A DNA stretch of 64,000 nucleotides from an uncultured Methanosarcinales archaeon (GCA_963843555.1 CAWJKV010000006.1:1-64000), one strand, 5' to 3'. Positions 10,541 through 21,213 are shown, counted from the first letter of the stretch. Made by a program: numbers and translations. The notes: generated from the sequence alone by a model not told the origin.

Positions 10541-10957
10541 TCAGTATCCCAGATGGTTCATTCTTATTACCGCATTCATTTGAGCAGTCTTATAATCATA
10601 TTTGCCCGGCAATGGAGCAGGACGGGGCTTGGATCCCCAGTCCGAGAGGTTAATCGAGGTGTTTCTCTCATTTATGAAATTTGATGAGTCATTTGTCAGG
10701 TCTTCCAGCAGTATCGTGCCATCATCGCCGCCAACCATCATCGGCGTGGTTTTGTTCGAGAGATCGATGGTCGTATTGTTGGCCGAGGTGAAATTGGATG
10801 AATTGCTCGTAGAATTATTTGTCAACCCTCTCATCAACAGATTTCCATCACTGCCACCGATGTTGATTGGTGATTTGCTTTGGGCGAAGAAAATCAGCGC
10901 TAACAATACGGCTAGAATCAATATTGCACGTTTCATACATTCCCCGTTATATCTCAT
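10541..10957 (-). CDS. Small secreted Asn-rich protein with an internal duplication
   Basis: Signal peptide; two copies of P..(I/V)GG.DG..L...LTN.S; many N-x-S/T sequons; LSDWGSKP. Confidence 0.75.
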   Translation of the reverse strand: MRYNGECMKRAILILAVLLALIFFAQSKSPINIGGSDGNLLMRGLTNNSTSNSSNFTSANNTTIDLSNKTTPMMVGGDDGTILLEDLTNDSSNFINERNTSINLSDWGSKPRPAPLPGKYDYKTAQMNAVIRMNHLGY

Positions 10958-11046
10958 TTGTGCTGCAGCTTAAATACGCTATGCTATGATCTGACTATAG
11001 AGATTCGAGAATGGATGTTGGGTAAATATAAAGGCAGCGGAGGAGT

Positions 11047-11454
11047 TCACGCTGCTATTTCTGTCTTGGCTATATACTCGATCAGCCCTTTTCCCAGCTT
11101 CGAACTCTTTTGGACCTCTTTTGCTATCTCCTCTGCGGAAGCGCCCTCCCTGGCAAGGTTTTTTATAGCATTCAAGGCCTCGTCCGGGACGGTGAAGTAC
11201 TCATCGATATCTTTCCTATGGCCCCAGACGTCACCTTCCAGAAGATTGACACCTTGCATCTCCAGAAATACTCCGATGGCTTTGGACATGGTCCGCATAT
11301 ATGAAGGCGGGACCTGGATCATCTGAAGTCTGGGGGATTTTTGAATTAGATTAAGGAAGTCTACATTGGATGGTCTGAACGACAGATGAACTGCCTTCTC
11401 GTTTGGCCGAAGAGAATTGATCTCTTCCCTGGAACTAATTATCCTAATCTTCAT
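11047..11454 (-). CDS. DUF1699 family protein
   Basis: MKIRIISSREEI, HLSFRPSN, LLEGDVWGHRKDI; HTH-like C-terminus. Confidence 0.85.
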   Translation of the reverse strand: MKIRIISSREEINSLRPNEKAVHLSFRPSNVDFLNLIQKSPRLQMIQVPPSYMRTMSKAIGVFLEMQGVNLLEGDVWGHRKDIDEYFTVPDEALNAIKNLAREGASAEEIAKEVQKSSKLGKGLIEYIAKTEIAA

Positions 11455-11488
11455 GGTGTATCACCATTAACGAATCTGTAATGTACTA

Positions 11489-11538
11489 TTACGACATTTG
11501 ACGTATATAAATCTTTTGCATCACGTCAAAAAACGTAA
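11489..11538 (-). promoter_or_regulatory. TATA box of the DUF1699 gene enclosed by a 16-bp inverted repeat
   Basis: TTACGACATTTGACGT (11489-11504) and ACGTCAAAAAACGTAA (11523-11538) are 13/16 complementary; minus-strand TTTATATA lies between them. Confidence 0.6.
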
Positions 11539-11748
11539 AGTCCAGGAGACGTCCATCTCAAAACATCCAATGCCGCAAACGGTTTGGACATTTCAATGCT
11601 CCTAAATGGCGAAGTACAGTGGCGGTTTTTTGCATTCAGCCCGATACCGCACAAAAAATTATTGAAAAATTGAAAATATTAATAGCAAAAAAAAGAAAGA
11701 ACGCCTGCAGGTCGCAATGAAGCGCGAATCCATGGCAGTCTATCTCAT

Positions 11749-12774
11749 CTAGGAGATCAACGCAGCCTCGTGGGCCTGCCAGTCCTGCCATTCATAAATC
11801 CTGGAGTCGAATCCCATAAGCTGCAGAGCAAACCAGACCAGAGAGGCGTCTAAGAGATCGTTGGAGTAAACAGCCACCGGTCGGCTCATATCCAGTCTGG
11901 CGAAGGTATCGTTCAGCTTTGCTCCTGCTTTGATCCTTCCACCTTCCAGGATGGTCTCGGGGCTGATGAAGATGGCATTGGGAATCCTGCTCTTGCCGAA
12001 ATCCTGAAAGGTTCTGGCGTCCACTATCTGGGCTTTGCCGGACTTGATGAAATCATAGTCGGACAGAAGCTCGGGCCTCAGATGAGGAACATAACTTGCA
12101 GCGGGGCGGACATTCTCCTCTGTCTCCAAAGGCAGGCTGGCAGCAATCCAGTCCTTTAAACCGCCGTCCAGTGCTTGGACGTTCTCGTGCCCCATATAAA
12201 GCAGCATCCAGAGAACAAAGGCGGCCTCGCTGGAATTGAAGTTATCTGAGTAAACTACTACTGCATCTTTATCGGAGATGCCGGCCTCGCCCAATATCGC
12301 GGCCAATTCCTGAGCCGAGCGCATGGTTCCATTTTCATAGAGGAAGCTCTTCCAAGGAATGTGGATGGCTCCTCGGATGTGAGCCTCGCCAAGCGACCGC
12401 TTATTAGATACATCCAGCACCACATATTTTTCGGAGATGCTATCCATCGGCTTTAGTAATTGGGGTGCCAAAAAGAGCTTCGTTCTGGATTCGGTTTGAA
12501 TATATTCCCCACCGATATTGGGAACCGTGCGGTTTAGGGTAGAGTTCACGTTTCCGCTTGCAGGTGCGCCAGCTTTGAAGCTGCTGGGCAACTTATTCTG
12601 GTTCTGGGTCAAGCCCACGATTGGAACATCTGAGCTAAGAAAGGATTGTGCCGATGACGTCCAGGATTCGTCGCCGCCGCAACCTCCCACAGAGCATGCA
12701 CTTCCATCTGCCTGAGATATCAAGAGCAACGCTGTCATTATAAATCCCAAAAAGGGGAGTAAGTAAATCTTCAT
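11749..12774 (-). CDS. Secreted tandem rhodanese-domain (sulfurtransferase-like) protein
   Basis: HIRGAIHIPW, LDGGLKDW, IVDART, RIPNA; N-terminal signal peptide. Confidence 0.85.
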   Translation of the reverse strand: MKIYLLPFLGFIMTALLLISQADGSACSVGGCGGDESWTSSAQSFLSSDVPIVGLTQNQNKLPSSFKAGAPASGNVNSTLNRTVPNIGGEYIQTESRTKLFLAPQLLKPMDSISEKYVVLDVSNKRSLGEAHIRGAIHIPWKSFLYENGTMRSAQELAAILGEAGISDKDAVVVYSDNFNSSEAAFVLWMLLYMGHENVQALDGGLKDWIAASLPLETEENVRPAASYVPHLRPELLSDYDFIKSGKAQIVDARTFQDFGKSRIPNAIFISPETILEGGRIKAGAKLNDTFARLDMSRPVAVYSNDLLDASLVWFALQLMGFDSRIYEWQDWQAHEAALIS

Positions 12775-12944
12775 CTAAACATCTCCTGTCACTCAAATAT
12801 TCTTTAATTTTTTAATTATAATTTGAGATATCACCGACTATGGAGGATCTTGCCGTTATCCTGGCCTTGGAGCCTTTGCAATACCCGGCAGCCCAATTCC
12901 ACGTGGACATTTCTGCTCATTTCGCTGTATTGGATTGTCTGCTA

Positions 12945-13778
12945 TTAATTAGGCTTTATGGCACTGACCTTTATGCTCAAGACCGAATCTGCAACCTCTT
13001 TCTGCTGTTCTGGGGAGATGGTGGGTTTCTCAGCGATGGCCGATGCGGATGTTTCCGAGATCAGCGATTCAACAGGGAAGCTTGACTCAGCCACGACCAA
13101 GACATCCTGGAAGCCAACGCTCTTTATGATCTCCAGGTAATCATTCTTCATGATGGCTCCTGCCAGGCAGCCGATATAGGCCTCATTGGACCTCTTCACA
13201 AACTCCGGCAGCTCTTTTAGCAATACAACATCCGAGACTGCCAGCCTTCCTCCCGGCTTTAAAACCCGGAAGGCCTCTTTGAAGGCCATCTTCTTGTTGG
13301 GGATGAGATTGATGACACAGTTGGAGATCACCACATCAACGTAGTCGTCCGCAACGGGCATGTTCTCCAGGTCTCCCTGTCTGAAATCTATGTTGGAATA
13401 CCCGCATTTGAGGGCATTAGCCCTGGCCTTTTCGACCATCTCCGATGTGATATCCACGCCTATGACCTTTCCCGATGATCCAACTCGAGTGGAGGCAAGG
13501 AAGCAATCAAATCCTGCACCTGCACCCATGTCGAGAACGACCTCTCCTTCACTCAAGGACGCCAGGGCAACCGGATTGCCGCAGCCCAATCCAAGGTTAG
13601 ATTCAGGGGGGGCGGCCTGGATCTCCTCTTCAGTATAACCCATCCTCTTGCTTATCTCTTCCGAAATATCAGCTTCACCGCAGCAACTCCTTGAAGAATA
13701 ATAAGATGTAGCATGTTTGGCTATGCGAGCATAGCCTTCCTTCACCGCTCTCTTGATCTCTTTTTCTTTCATCGCCAT
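12945..13778 (-). CDS. arsM: Arsenite S-adenosylmethionine methyltransferase
   Basis: SCC, LGLGCGNP, LDMGAGAGFD, ISNCVINL and GCLAGA give the conserved Cys pattern. Confidence 0.9.
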   Translation of the reverse strand: MAMKEKEIKRAVKEGYARIAKHATSYYSSRSCCGEADISEEISKRMGYTEEEIQAAPPESNLGLGCGNPVALASLSEGEVVLDMGAGAGFDCFLASTRVGSSGKVIGVDITSEMVEKARANALKCGYSNIDFRQGDLENMPVADDYVDVVISNCVINLIPNKKMAFKEAFRVLKPGGRLAVSDVVLLKELPEFVKRSNEAYIGCLAGAIMKNDYLEIIKSVGFQDVLVVAESSFPVESLISETSASAIAEKPTISPEQQKEVADSVLSIKVSAIKPN

Positions 13779-13893
13779 AATAATCCCACCGTTCCTGAAT
13801 ATTCTGACATGACATTAGCCTATAGCCCTGAGCAAAATGTATCTTGTCATCTTGATCATGGGCTTTAATAAGGTTTCTTTTGTCACGATAATT

Positions 13894-13953
13894 GGTGAGA
13901 ACCGTGTTGATGAGAACCGTCTTTTTGAAAACCATATCGGTGAGAACTATAAT
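13894..13953. repeat. Four degenerate 15-bp tandem repeats upstream of arsM
   Basis: GGTGAGAACCGTGTT / GATGAGAACCGTCTT / TTTGAAAACCATATC / GGTGAGAACTATAAT. Confidence 0.75.
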
Positions 13954-14022
13954 TGATGGCCGCAGTTGTGTATGTCGAAAGAAAAACAAAGAGAACCGCT
14001 GGTCATCAAGGAGTGAACGCGA

Positions 14023-14574
14023 TTAATCCATCTGTCTCTTTCTCTCAAATGGTTTATAATCTCCGATGTTTTTTATAAGCGTCTGGTGCCTCATCCACAG
14101 GGCGATGATTCCTGCGAGAGAAAGCACCAACCAGACCGCAAACCATAGCCGCAAAAATTTTTCAGTCCAGCTCTGTTGGGAGTGGATAAAAGCTGCTGCA
14201 CCGAGTGTCACTATTACAGAGAAGAACATGTTGGCGGATGGAGCCATGCTATCTCGATAGGAGGTGCAAAAGCGCTCCCACTCTTGTTCCGCCTTTCCTG
14301 CCAGAGAAACCGGATGCCTGCCTAAAAAGACCCCCACGCGCTTGATCCTGGAATCGGCAGACATGATGTAGAGATCGTAGCTTATGGCCACCAGGGGAAC
14401 GAAGTAGATCAGCCAGAAGATATCCGCGATCTCGACCTTCATATTCACGGAACTCAGACCAAAGAGGACTGTGATAAAAGCCAGCTTCATAGTGATGAGC
14501 TTTGCACGCTCGTTTTGCGTTCGAATTTTTTCCTCATGAAGCGCGCGCAAAAACTCTTGATCATTTTCTTCCAT
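14023..14574 (-). CDS. Hypothetical membrane protein (about 4 TM)
   Basis: 183-aa ORF with four hydrophobic segments; AT-rich promoter-like sequence upstream. Confidence 0.7.
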   Translation of the reverse strand: MEENDQEFLRALHEEKIRTQNERAKLITMKLAFITVLFGLSSVNMKVEIADIFWLIYFVPLVAISYDLYIMSADSRIKRVGVFLGRHPVSLAGKAEQEWERFCTSYRDSMAPSANMFFSVIVTLGAAAFIHSQQSWTEKFLRLWFAVWLVLSLAGIIALWMRHQTLIKNIGDYKPFERKRQMD

Positions 14575-14796
14575 TGCCAGTTCCCCATTATTGAAGATGT
14601 ATTCTATATATTAATAACTTTTGTCTGTAATTGCTATTAGCTCTCCCACACGACCTACCAAGAGCCAATTTTCTTTCTCGAAGCAGAAGGTGCAGGTATT
14701 GGCTCAGCTCTTAATGGCTCCTCTCTTTTCCCGCGGTTGAAGAGATGCTGGTGCACAGGAAATTGATTTATCCTTATCCTGAGTAACAAAGAACGG

Positions 14797-15726
14797 ATGA
14801 AACCGATGGATCAGGTACTGGAGACTGCAGGAAAGATCAGCAGCATGGAAGTCAGAGGCGCGGGACGAATTGCCACAGCCGCAGCCGAGTCTTTGAGGGA
14901 CTTCTCTATGGCCCTTGAGGCGCAAAGCGTTGAAGAGTTCAATCTACAGCTGGAGAATGCGGCAAGTCTACTCCTCAAAACCAGGCCCACGGCGGTCTCC
15001 CTCTCCAATGCCATACGCATGGTGATGAAGTTTAAGGCAGAAGATGTGGATGGTGCTCGTCAGGCTGTGGTTTCGAACGCCAATCGCTTCATCGAGAACT
15101 CCCAGAAGGCCGTGGAGAAGATAGGCCAGATAGGCAGCCGTAGGATCAGAGATGGAGATACCGTTCTCACGCATTGCAATTCGATAGCTGCTATTTCCGT
15201 CATCAGTGCCGCGCATAAATCAGGAAAGAAGATCAAAGTGATTGCCACAGAGTCTCGGCCCAGGTTTCAGGGAATCACTACTATCGGTATGCTGGACAAG
15301 CTCGGCATCGAGACAGAGCTGATTGTGGATTCGGCGGCGAGAAGCGTCATGAATGAAGTAGACCTGGTGGTAGTAGGAGCAGATGTGATAACGGCCAATG
15401 GCACGCTGGTAAATAAGATCGGCACGGCTCAGATTGCCCTGTGTGCCCGCGAGGCGCGCACGAGCTTTATGGTGGCAGCCGAGACCTACAAGTTCAGCCC
15501 TGAGACGATTCTGGGAGAACTTGTCACCATAGAGGAGCGCGAGCCAGAGGAGGTCTTGTCTGATATCTCCAAATATAAACATGTCAGGATACGTAACCCC
15601 GCTTTTGATGTCACGCCTCATCAGTACATCGATTTGATCTGCACTGAAGCGGGAGCGATATCGCCTGAGATGAGCTACCTTATTATCAGGGAGCGCCTGG
15701 GCTGGGAGATGGCAGATGAGATCTGA
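14797..15726 (+). CDS. Ribose-1,5-bisphosphate isomerase (eIF-2B family)
   Basis: MEVRGAGRIA, TRPTAVSL, LTHCNS, ESRP, NKIGT, NPAFDVTP. Confidence 0.92.
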   Translation: MKPMDQVLETAGKISSMEVRGAGRIATAAAESLRDFSMALEAQSVEEFNLQLENAASLLLKTRPTAVSLSNAIRMVMKFKAEDVDGARQAVVSNANRFIENSQKAVEKIGQIGSRRIRDGDTVLTHCNSIAAISVISAAHKSGKKIKVIATESRPRFQGITTIGMLDKLGIETELIVDSAARSVMNEVDLVVVGADVITANGTLVNKIGTAQIALCAREARTSFMVAAETYKFSPETILGELVTIEEREPEEVLSDISKYKHVRIRNPAFDVTPHQYIDLICTEAGAISPEMSYLIIRERLGWEMADEI

Positions 15727-15785
15727 GTCGGTCATAGAAGTGCTCAAGGAAAAAAAGTAGTTGCAGAGACTGAGAATTTCGGGGA

Positions 15786-16380
15786 CTATGAACTCCTCAT
15801 CCTCCGCATAATCAGAAGCAGGGCAAGGATCGCCGGCATGAAGCCCAAAGCCGGAGTTCCCTTGGGCTCGGACCCGGATGTGGTCTGATTTGCCTGTTTG
15901 ACTTTGGGCTCCTCAGATCTCTGCGCAGATTGTGACTGATTCTCCGAAGTAGTCTCATTCCACTGGGGTCATCTGCGGCTCGATTACTGCACCATTTTCT
16001 GCCGCAACCACATTGACATAGGCTGTCTTCTTGCCGGAGGGTGCTCCCAACGCGGCAACGTCCACCACAAATGAATAGTTGCCGGGGGCAATATTCCCCG
16101 ACTTGACAGTGCAGTTATATTTTGTCGTGCCGGTCGGAAAGACGTACTTGATCAACCTTTCGCAGGAAGTGTCAATCCCCTGGCTCTTGTTCAGAAAGAT
16201 CAGCTCGACATATGCTCCCTGGCTGCCCAGTCCCTTAACTGAAACTGTGAAGTTGGCCTCGCTGTTTGGCATCATGCTTACGGGCGATATATCGGTAACC
16301 CGGAACCAGTACGACGCGCCTGCCTGGCCTGCTAGCAGCAAAAGAAGCAAAATTAATAGGATAGAAGGCACAGTTTTCAT
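15786..16380 (-). CDS. Secreted Ig-like protein with a PGF-CTERM-like anchor; frameshift near 15960
   Basis: Signal peptide MKTVPSILLILLLLLLAGQAGA. The shifted frame continues NETTSENQ...KGTPALGFMPAILALLLIMRRMRSS* to TAG at 15786. Confidence 0.7.
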
Positions 16381-16531
16381 GAGCAATAGATTGTTTTGAA
16401 GATTTAAAGTTGTTTCGGGTATGGATATTTTCGACGAGCATCGACGAGAAGCATCCTGGAAAGGAAAGCCAGAAGAGAAGAAGGATAAAATGAAAACAAG
16501 AGGGGCTCTCCTCTCTTTTTTAATGGGACTC

Positions 16532-17987
16532 TTACCACAATAGAAACCCGGCGTATCTGGCCACATACACCACGCCCACGACAATCACCAGCAGCCCGAA
16601 GAATTTAGTGGTCCACTTTCCCACAGAGACGTACTTGTCACCGATCCTTCCGCCTACTGCCCGGGAGAAGGTAGCAATGGGAATTATGGGCACTCCGTGG
16701 CCGACGCCGAAGATGAAGAGCATTATGCCGCCGGTCAGGGGCGTGACATTTTGCGATGCCAGCCAAATCAGGACCGGCATCACCATGGAAAGGGCACAGG
16801 GTGCCCATCCCAGAGCAAAGAACACCCCCAGAGTGAATGCTCCGATGAAAGCAGAATGCTTGAAGAGCCCAATGGAGGCCTCGACAGCCCTTTGCAGCAG
16901 GCTCTTCCTCGTCTCAGAATATCCCCCCCGGTCGGGTCGAATTCGGGATGTCACAGGCTCTAGGATCTCTTCGAGGGGTTTGAAATTGCTGATGCCTAGA
17001 ATTATCATTATCATGCCGGCTATCAGGTCGAAGGACTTTGAGTCACGGACAAACATGCCCACTTGAGATATGAAGAGGCCCAGCACGAAGAAGACCAGGG
17101 CCATGCCAAGGGTAAAGGCAATCCCTATCATGAACCCCTCTCTCGATGTGGAGGTGCTCTTTTGCAGGTATTCGTCCTTTCTGCGGACGGTCATGACGTA
17201 AGAGAACACTGCTATCATCAGGGCAATGGAGCAGGGCGCAAGCGAAGTCAGGATGCCGAGCAGGAACATTCCCAAAGCCGAAACATCCTTCCGGGAAACT
17301 TCTCCCTCCAGCTGTTTCCACAAGGAGGCGATTGTGCCTTCTGCCTTTGTCGGTCTCTTGTTCTTTTCCGGAGGCTTCTCCGTCCAGGCCAGTCCACTGC
17401 GTCCCATTCAGATTCTGCAGCTCTTTCTGAAGTGTCTCGGCCTTCTGCACGCCGTCTAACTCACCCTCGCCTACCCGGTAGACATGGTAGACTGCGGCGA
17501 TATTGCCATCTTTATCGATCAGGATGATGGTGGGATTGGAAGATCCGCCTCTCACATTCCAGTAGTCGAGATACTTGCTGGCGATGGTATAAGGCTCAAT
17601 ATCCTCGGTCCAGGGCCAGGTTATATTGACTTTCCACCATTTCTCAGCCAGGGACCTGCCATCTCGGGAATAGGGATTCTTCCTGAGGTTTAGAGTGACT
17701 ATCTGGGCCTTGGGGTCCATGGCCATCAGTCTTGCCAACTCCTCCACCTGGCCTTGCAGAGACTTTTCGCACTCAACGCATAGTGGGACTTCGATGTTGG
17801 TTATATGCAAGACCAGCGGAGCCCCTCGAAAGTCGCTGAGGGAAAAGTTTTTCCCATCTGAACCAGTTGCGCTGAAATCCGGGGCCAACACCCCTTCAGC
17901 AAAGACAGGGTTGGTGAAGAAGGAAAGGGCGGCAAAGGATAAAAGAAAGATAAGAGCGATCGTCTTCAGTCTCTCTTTGTATGGCAT
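16532..17987 (-). CDS. Redoxin (CVEC) fused to a CcdA/DsbD membrane domain; apparent frameshift near 17347
   Basis: N-part APDFSA...LSDFRG...PLCVEC; C-part LTSLAPC and LGWAPC TM Cys pair. The two ORFs join if one base is removed at GACAAAGGCA. Confidence 0.75.
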
Positions 17988-17998
17988 TATACTACCAC

Positions 17999-18568
17999 TC
18001 ACTTCCATTCGGCTGCATTCTGGTTGTAGTAGTAGATGGAGTCTTCAACATAGGAATTGATCTCATCATCACTCATGATATCTGTCTGGCTATGCCAGGC
18101 CACTTCCACCTCACCATCAGAGTTTTTGATCAGAGTCACAAAAATCGTTGTGGGCACATATTGTGCTCCTCCGAGGGGGTTATAGATATCCAGGATATCA
18201 ATCGCCTTTTTAAAACCGCTTCCTTCGGCCAGTACATCGTAGTAGGAAAGGTTGAGGCCGTAGCTCTCCACGGCATTATTAATTCTCGGTATCTGAACCA
18301 GGCATGGTTTGCAATCGCTGCTGTGAACCAGGATGAGTACCGGCTTCTCTTCCAGGGCGTCCTCAACCCAGGAAGGGTGGTCTACATTTGAGCCGGAATT
18401 TTCATTTTGATCTGGATATGCCGTCCACCAATCATTATCTCCGGATCCAAGTGTATGGGCCGGACTGTAGCTATTCCAATCTTCGGAGAGGGCAGTATTC
18501 GTCATAGTCAAAATGGCCAGTGTGACCACTCCCAATAATGCCAAGAAGTCCTTAAATCCATTTAACAT
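17999..18568 (-). CDS. Exported thioredoxin-like protein
   Basis: Signal peptide, CKPC motif, cis-Pro motif YVPT. Confidence 0.85.
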   Translation of the reverse strand: MLNGFKDFLALLGVVTLAILTMTNTALSEDWNSYSPAHTLGSGDNDWWTAYPDQNENSGSNVDHPSWVEDALEEKPVLILVHSSDCKPCLVQIPRINNAVESYGLNLSYYDVLAEGSGFKKAIDILDIYNPLGGAQYVPTTIFVTLIKNSDGEVEVAWHSQTDIMSDDEINSYVEDSIYYYNQNAAEWK

Positions 18569-19016
18569 GATCTAAACCCCTGAAATCTCATTAGTTCCAT
18601 TAGTCCAATAATATTTAGAGTTTCTCTTCAATTAGCATTAGAACTCTCTTCTGCTTGATATACCGTTCAAGACGGAATTGAATTATGAGAATTCGGCATA
18701 GTCTGATCGACAAAAGACCTGAGAAAATCGCTTGTCTCTGGTCTCTTGCATCTATTGCATAGAACCATTTATGAAACTCAGGTGATTGCGCTTCATATTT
18801 ATTGCTTTTGGGCGAGGAGATCTATTGTCATCGACGAGCCGCAGATGGCATATAATTTCGAAAGAGTTGAATTTTGGAGCATGCATGGCGGCGTCCCTCA
18901 GTAGTTCCTTCAATCCAGAGCAGCGCAGGATTGCCATATTTGGAAATTTTGGTGTCGAAAAAACTTAAATTCGAAGAAGCCGTATTAAGAGTAGATATGT
19001 AGAGGAGGATTTGACA

Positions 19017-19421
19017 ATGGCAAATGGCACTATGAAAAAGGGGAAGGGCCGTGCAAAGAAAAGTATGGCTGAAGCTGGCAAGGTGGCCGGCTTGAAGGCT
19101 GATGCAAAGGCTGAAGCAACTGAAATCTCTGCTACTTGTATCGATGAGGGGCCGAGTCTTATTTCCGAGAAGGAGATGGATACCGAGAAGGCAAGCGAGC
19201 CTGTCGAATTAATATTTGGCGTTAATGCCGGCATTATATGGGAGTCACTCAACCTTGAGGGTCCGATGACAGTTGAAGATCTCGTGAAGGCCACAGCTTT
19301 GCCTTCTGAGGAGATCTGCGGGGCATTGGGCTGGCTGGGGCGGGAGAACAAGATCTCCGTGGAAAGGCAGGGAACCGAAAGAGTCTACTCGCTAAGTTAT
19401 GAGAATCCGAGTTGCTATTGA
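19017..19421 (+). CDS. Winged HTH protein (DUF2582-like) with a Lys/Ala-rich N-tail
   Basis: FGVNAGIIWESL...ALGWLGRENKI; RBS GAGGAGG. Confidence 0.8.
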   Translation: MANGTMKKGKGRAKKSMAEAGKVAGLKADAKAEATEISATCIDEGPSLISEKEMDTEKASEPVELIFGVNAGIIWESLNLEGPMTVEDLVKATALPSEEICGALGWLGRENKISVERQGTERVYSLSYENPSCY

Positions 19422-20035
19422 GATCTTTGTGTGTCCTTGCAGGAGTTCATTGCTAGCGCCCCAGGGTCCGCACTGGGCTGGTCCGTCTATCACTACCGAG
19501 GGTTGCCAGGCGAGAGTTACTCGCACTCACCTCCTGCCTCTGGACGCGGAAGGCATATCGAGCCTCTGTCCAGGCTCTTATGGAGTCGGGTTTGTAGCTT
19601 TCCGGCGATAGGTTGGAAAAAATGATTGACTATTTTGTCCTTGGACTTTTTATTGTGGAATTGATGATTCCTGGGCCCACTTTTCAGCCGAACCTTGATC
19701 CAACTGCCAGTACTCCTGCTAGTTGCCGCCTCAAATATCCGGATTCCAATTTCGGCCAGCTGTCGACGGCCATTACATCCCAGATGACGTCTTTATCAGC
19801 CTTGTCGCGACAAGGCCCGCAGCGGTAACGGGAGCGCTTTCGCTGATATTCATATTCATAACAACCATTTCGTTCTCAAAAAGACAAACTCTCCGAAAGG
19901 TATAGAAAGAAGAACGACCGAGCCATAAACCGGGTAGGATCGATTTCAAAGAATGAGTTGGGGAAGTCGAGAAGTGAATCAAAAAAAGCGAATTACAAGA
20001 GCCAAGATGCATACAAAATTGCAGGAGAGCGTGGT

Positions 20036-20341
20036 ATGAGAAATTTTATAATTTCTGTATTGATCCTTGTTGCTATTACATTGAATTGCCAGGCATTGAA
20101 TCCTGTAAACATCAGCCAGGAGAGCGGGATGGCCATCCTGGCTAGCCTTAACGCCTATTCATCTGACCAGTTAGCCTTGCAGAACAACAGCACGCAAAAT
20201 CAAACCAACCAAACCGGCAACTTCAGCAAGGATATTGCAGGAGGCCTTTGGAGCTGGGGAAAAATTCCAATAGGTTATGAAGTGAACAAAAACGGGAACC
20301 TCATCAAGCTAGCAGACCAAGTATGGAACCCAAGCATCTGA
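20036..20341 (+). CDS. Small secreted protein (WxWG..P family)
   Basis: Signal peptide MRNFIISVLILVAITLNCQA; N-x-S/T rich; GLWSWGKIPIGY. Confidence 0.75.
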   Translation: MRNFIISVLILVAITLNCQALNPVNISQESGMAILASLNAYSSDQLALQNNSTQNQTNQTGNFSKDIAGGLWSWGKIPIGYEVNKNGNLIKLADQVWNPSI

Positions 20342-20541
20342 GAATAGGCCGAAATTAGATCCATCTTGATCTTTTTTACGGCTTTCGATTTACCACAGGG
20401 CTCCGGGTTGATAAGCAGTTCTGCAAATTAACAAAGAAGAACAAGTCGCTTTTCATACAAATCCGGCTGAAAAAATTTAGTCCTGCAGGGTCTAAAACTT
20501 ACCCCGCTCCCATAAATATCCCAAAAAGGATAGATATCTTA

Positions 20542-20727
20542 TTAGTATCTTCTGGGTGGCCTGGCAGGCTTGTGCTTCTGGTAGCAATCACTGCAGTACA
20601 CCGGCCTGGAGCCATCGGGCTTGAAGGGAACTTGACACGTCTTTCCGCACTCTGCGCAGGTGGCATCGTGCATCTCTCTCGGGCCGCTGTTGTAGCCGCC
20701 CCTGCTGCCGCTTCCATATCTTTCCAT
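20542..20727 (-). CDS. CxxC-x17-CxxC zinc-ribbon protein, copy 1
   Basis: REMHDATCAECGKTCQVPFKPDGSRPVYCSDCY. Confidence 0.92.
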   Translation of the reverse strand: MERYGSGSRGGYNSGPREMHDATCAECGKTCQVPFKPDGSRPVYCSDCYQKHKPARPPRRY

Positions 20728-21213
20728 TTATATTCACTTACCTTTGGCATCGATTCCACGAATCGATCCTTACTACAAAACATCCCATCAAACTCAATTG
20801 ATTTCGACGATTATGCAGCATTTCTAGAAAGGGCAAACTGCTTTATATACCTGTTGGTCAATCCATGTTGGTCAAATCCACAGATAATCCACAAATCGAT
20901 AAAATAGCTTCTATGATCGTGCATAATCAGGTGATATGGGTCATGAATTCTCCAGAACTGGAAAAACTCTTAGGGATTACGTCGATCCTATGTTTCCCAT
21001 TGGATTGGTGACAATATCGCATTGCCCGATTCCAATCATCAAATGGCATTCGCCAAATTCACCGTGAACCGTAACATGGGGACAAAATTGCATTAAAAGA
21101 ACATCCATCAAAAATAGATCCTGCAGGGTCCAATTACTAACCCTGCCCCATTTTAATATCCTTCATGGGATATATATCTGATACGAACGATCGGCTAAAT
21201 GAAAACGATCGGT

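Noticed and set aside
13675..13989. 104-aa ORF upstream of arsM as ArsR or a pentapeptide protein
   Set aside because: No HTH or ArsR motif; the periodicity comes from the 15-bp DNA repeat, and the ORF overlaps arsM out of frame.
19399..19905. Short overlapping ORFs after the winged-HTH gene
   Set aside because: No recognisable motif; cannot tell a broken gene from non-coding DNA.
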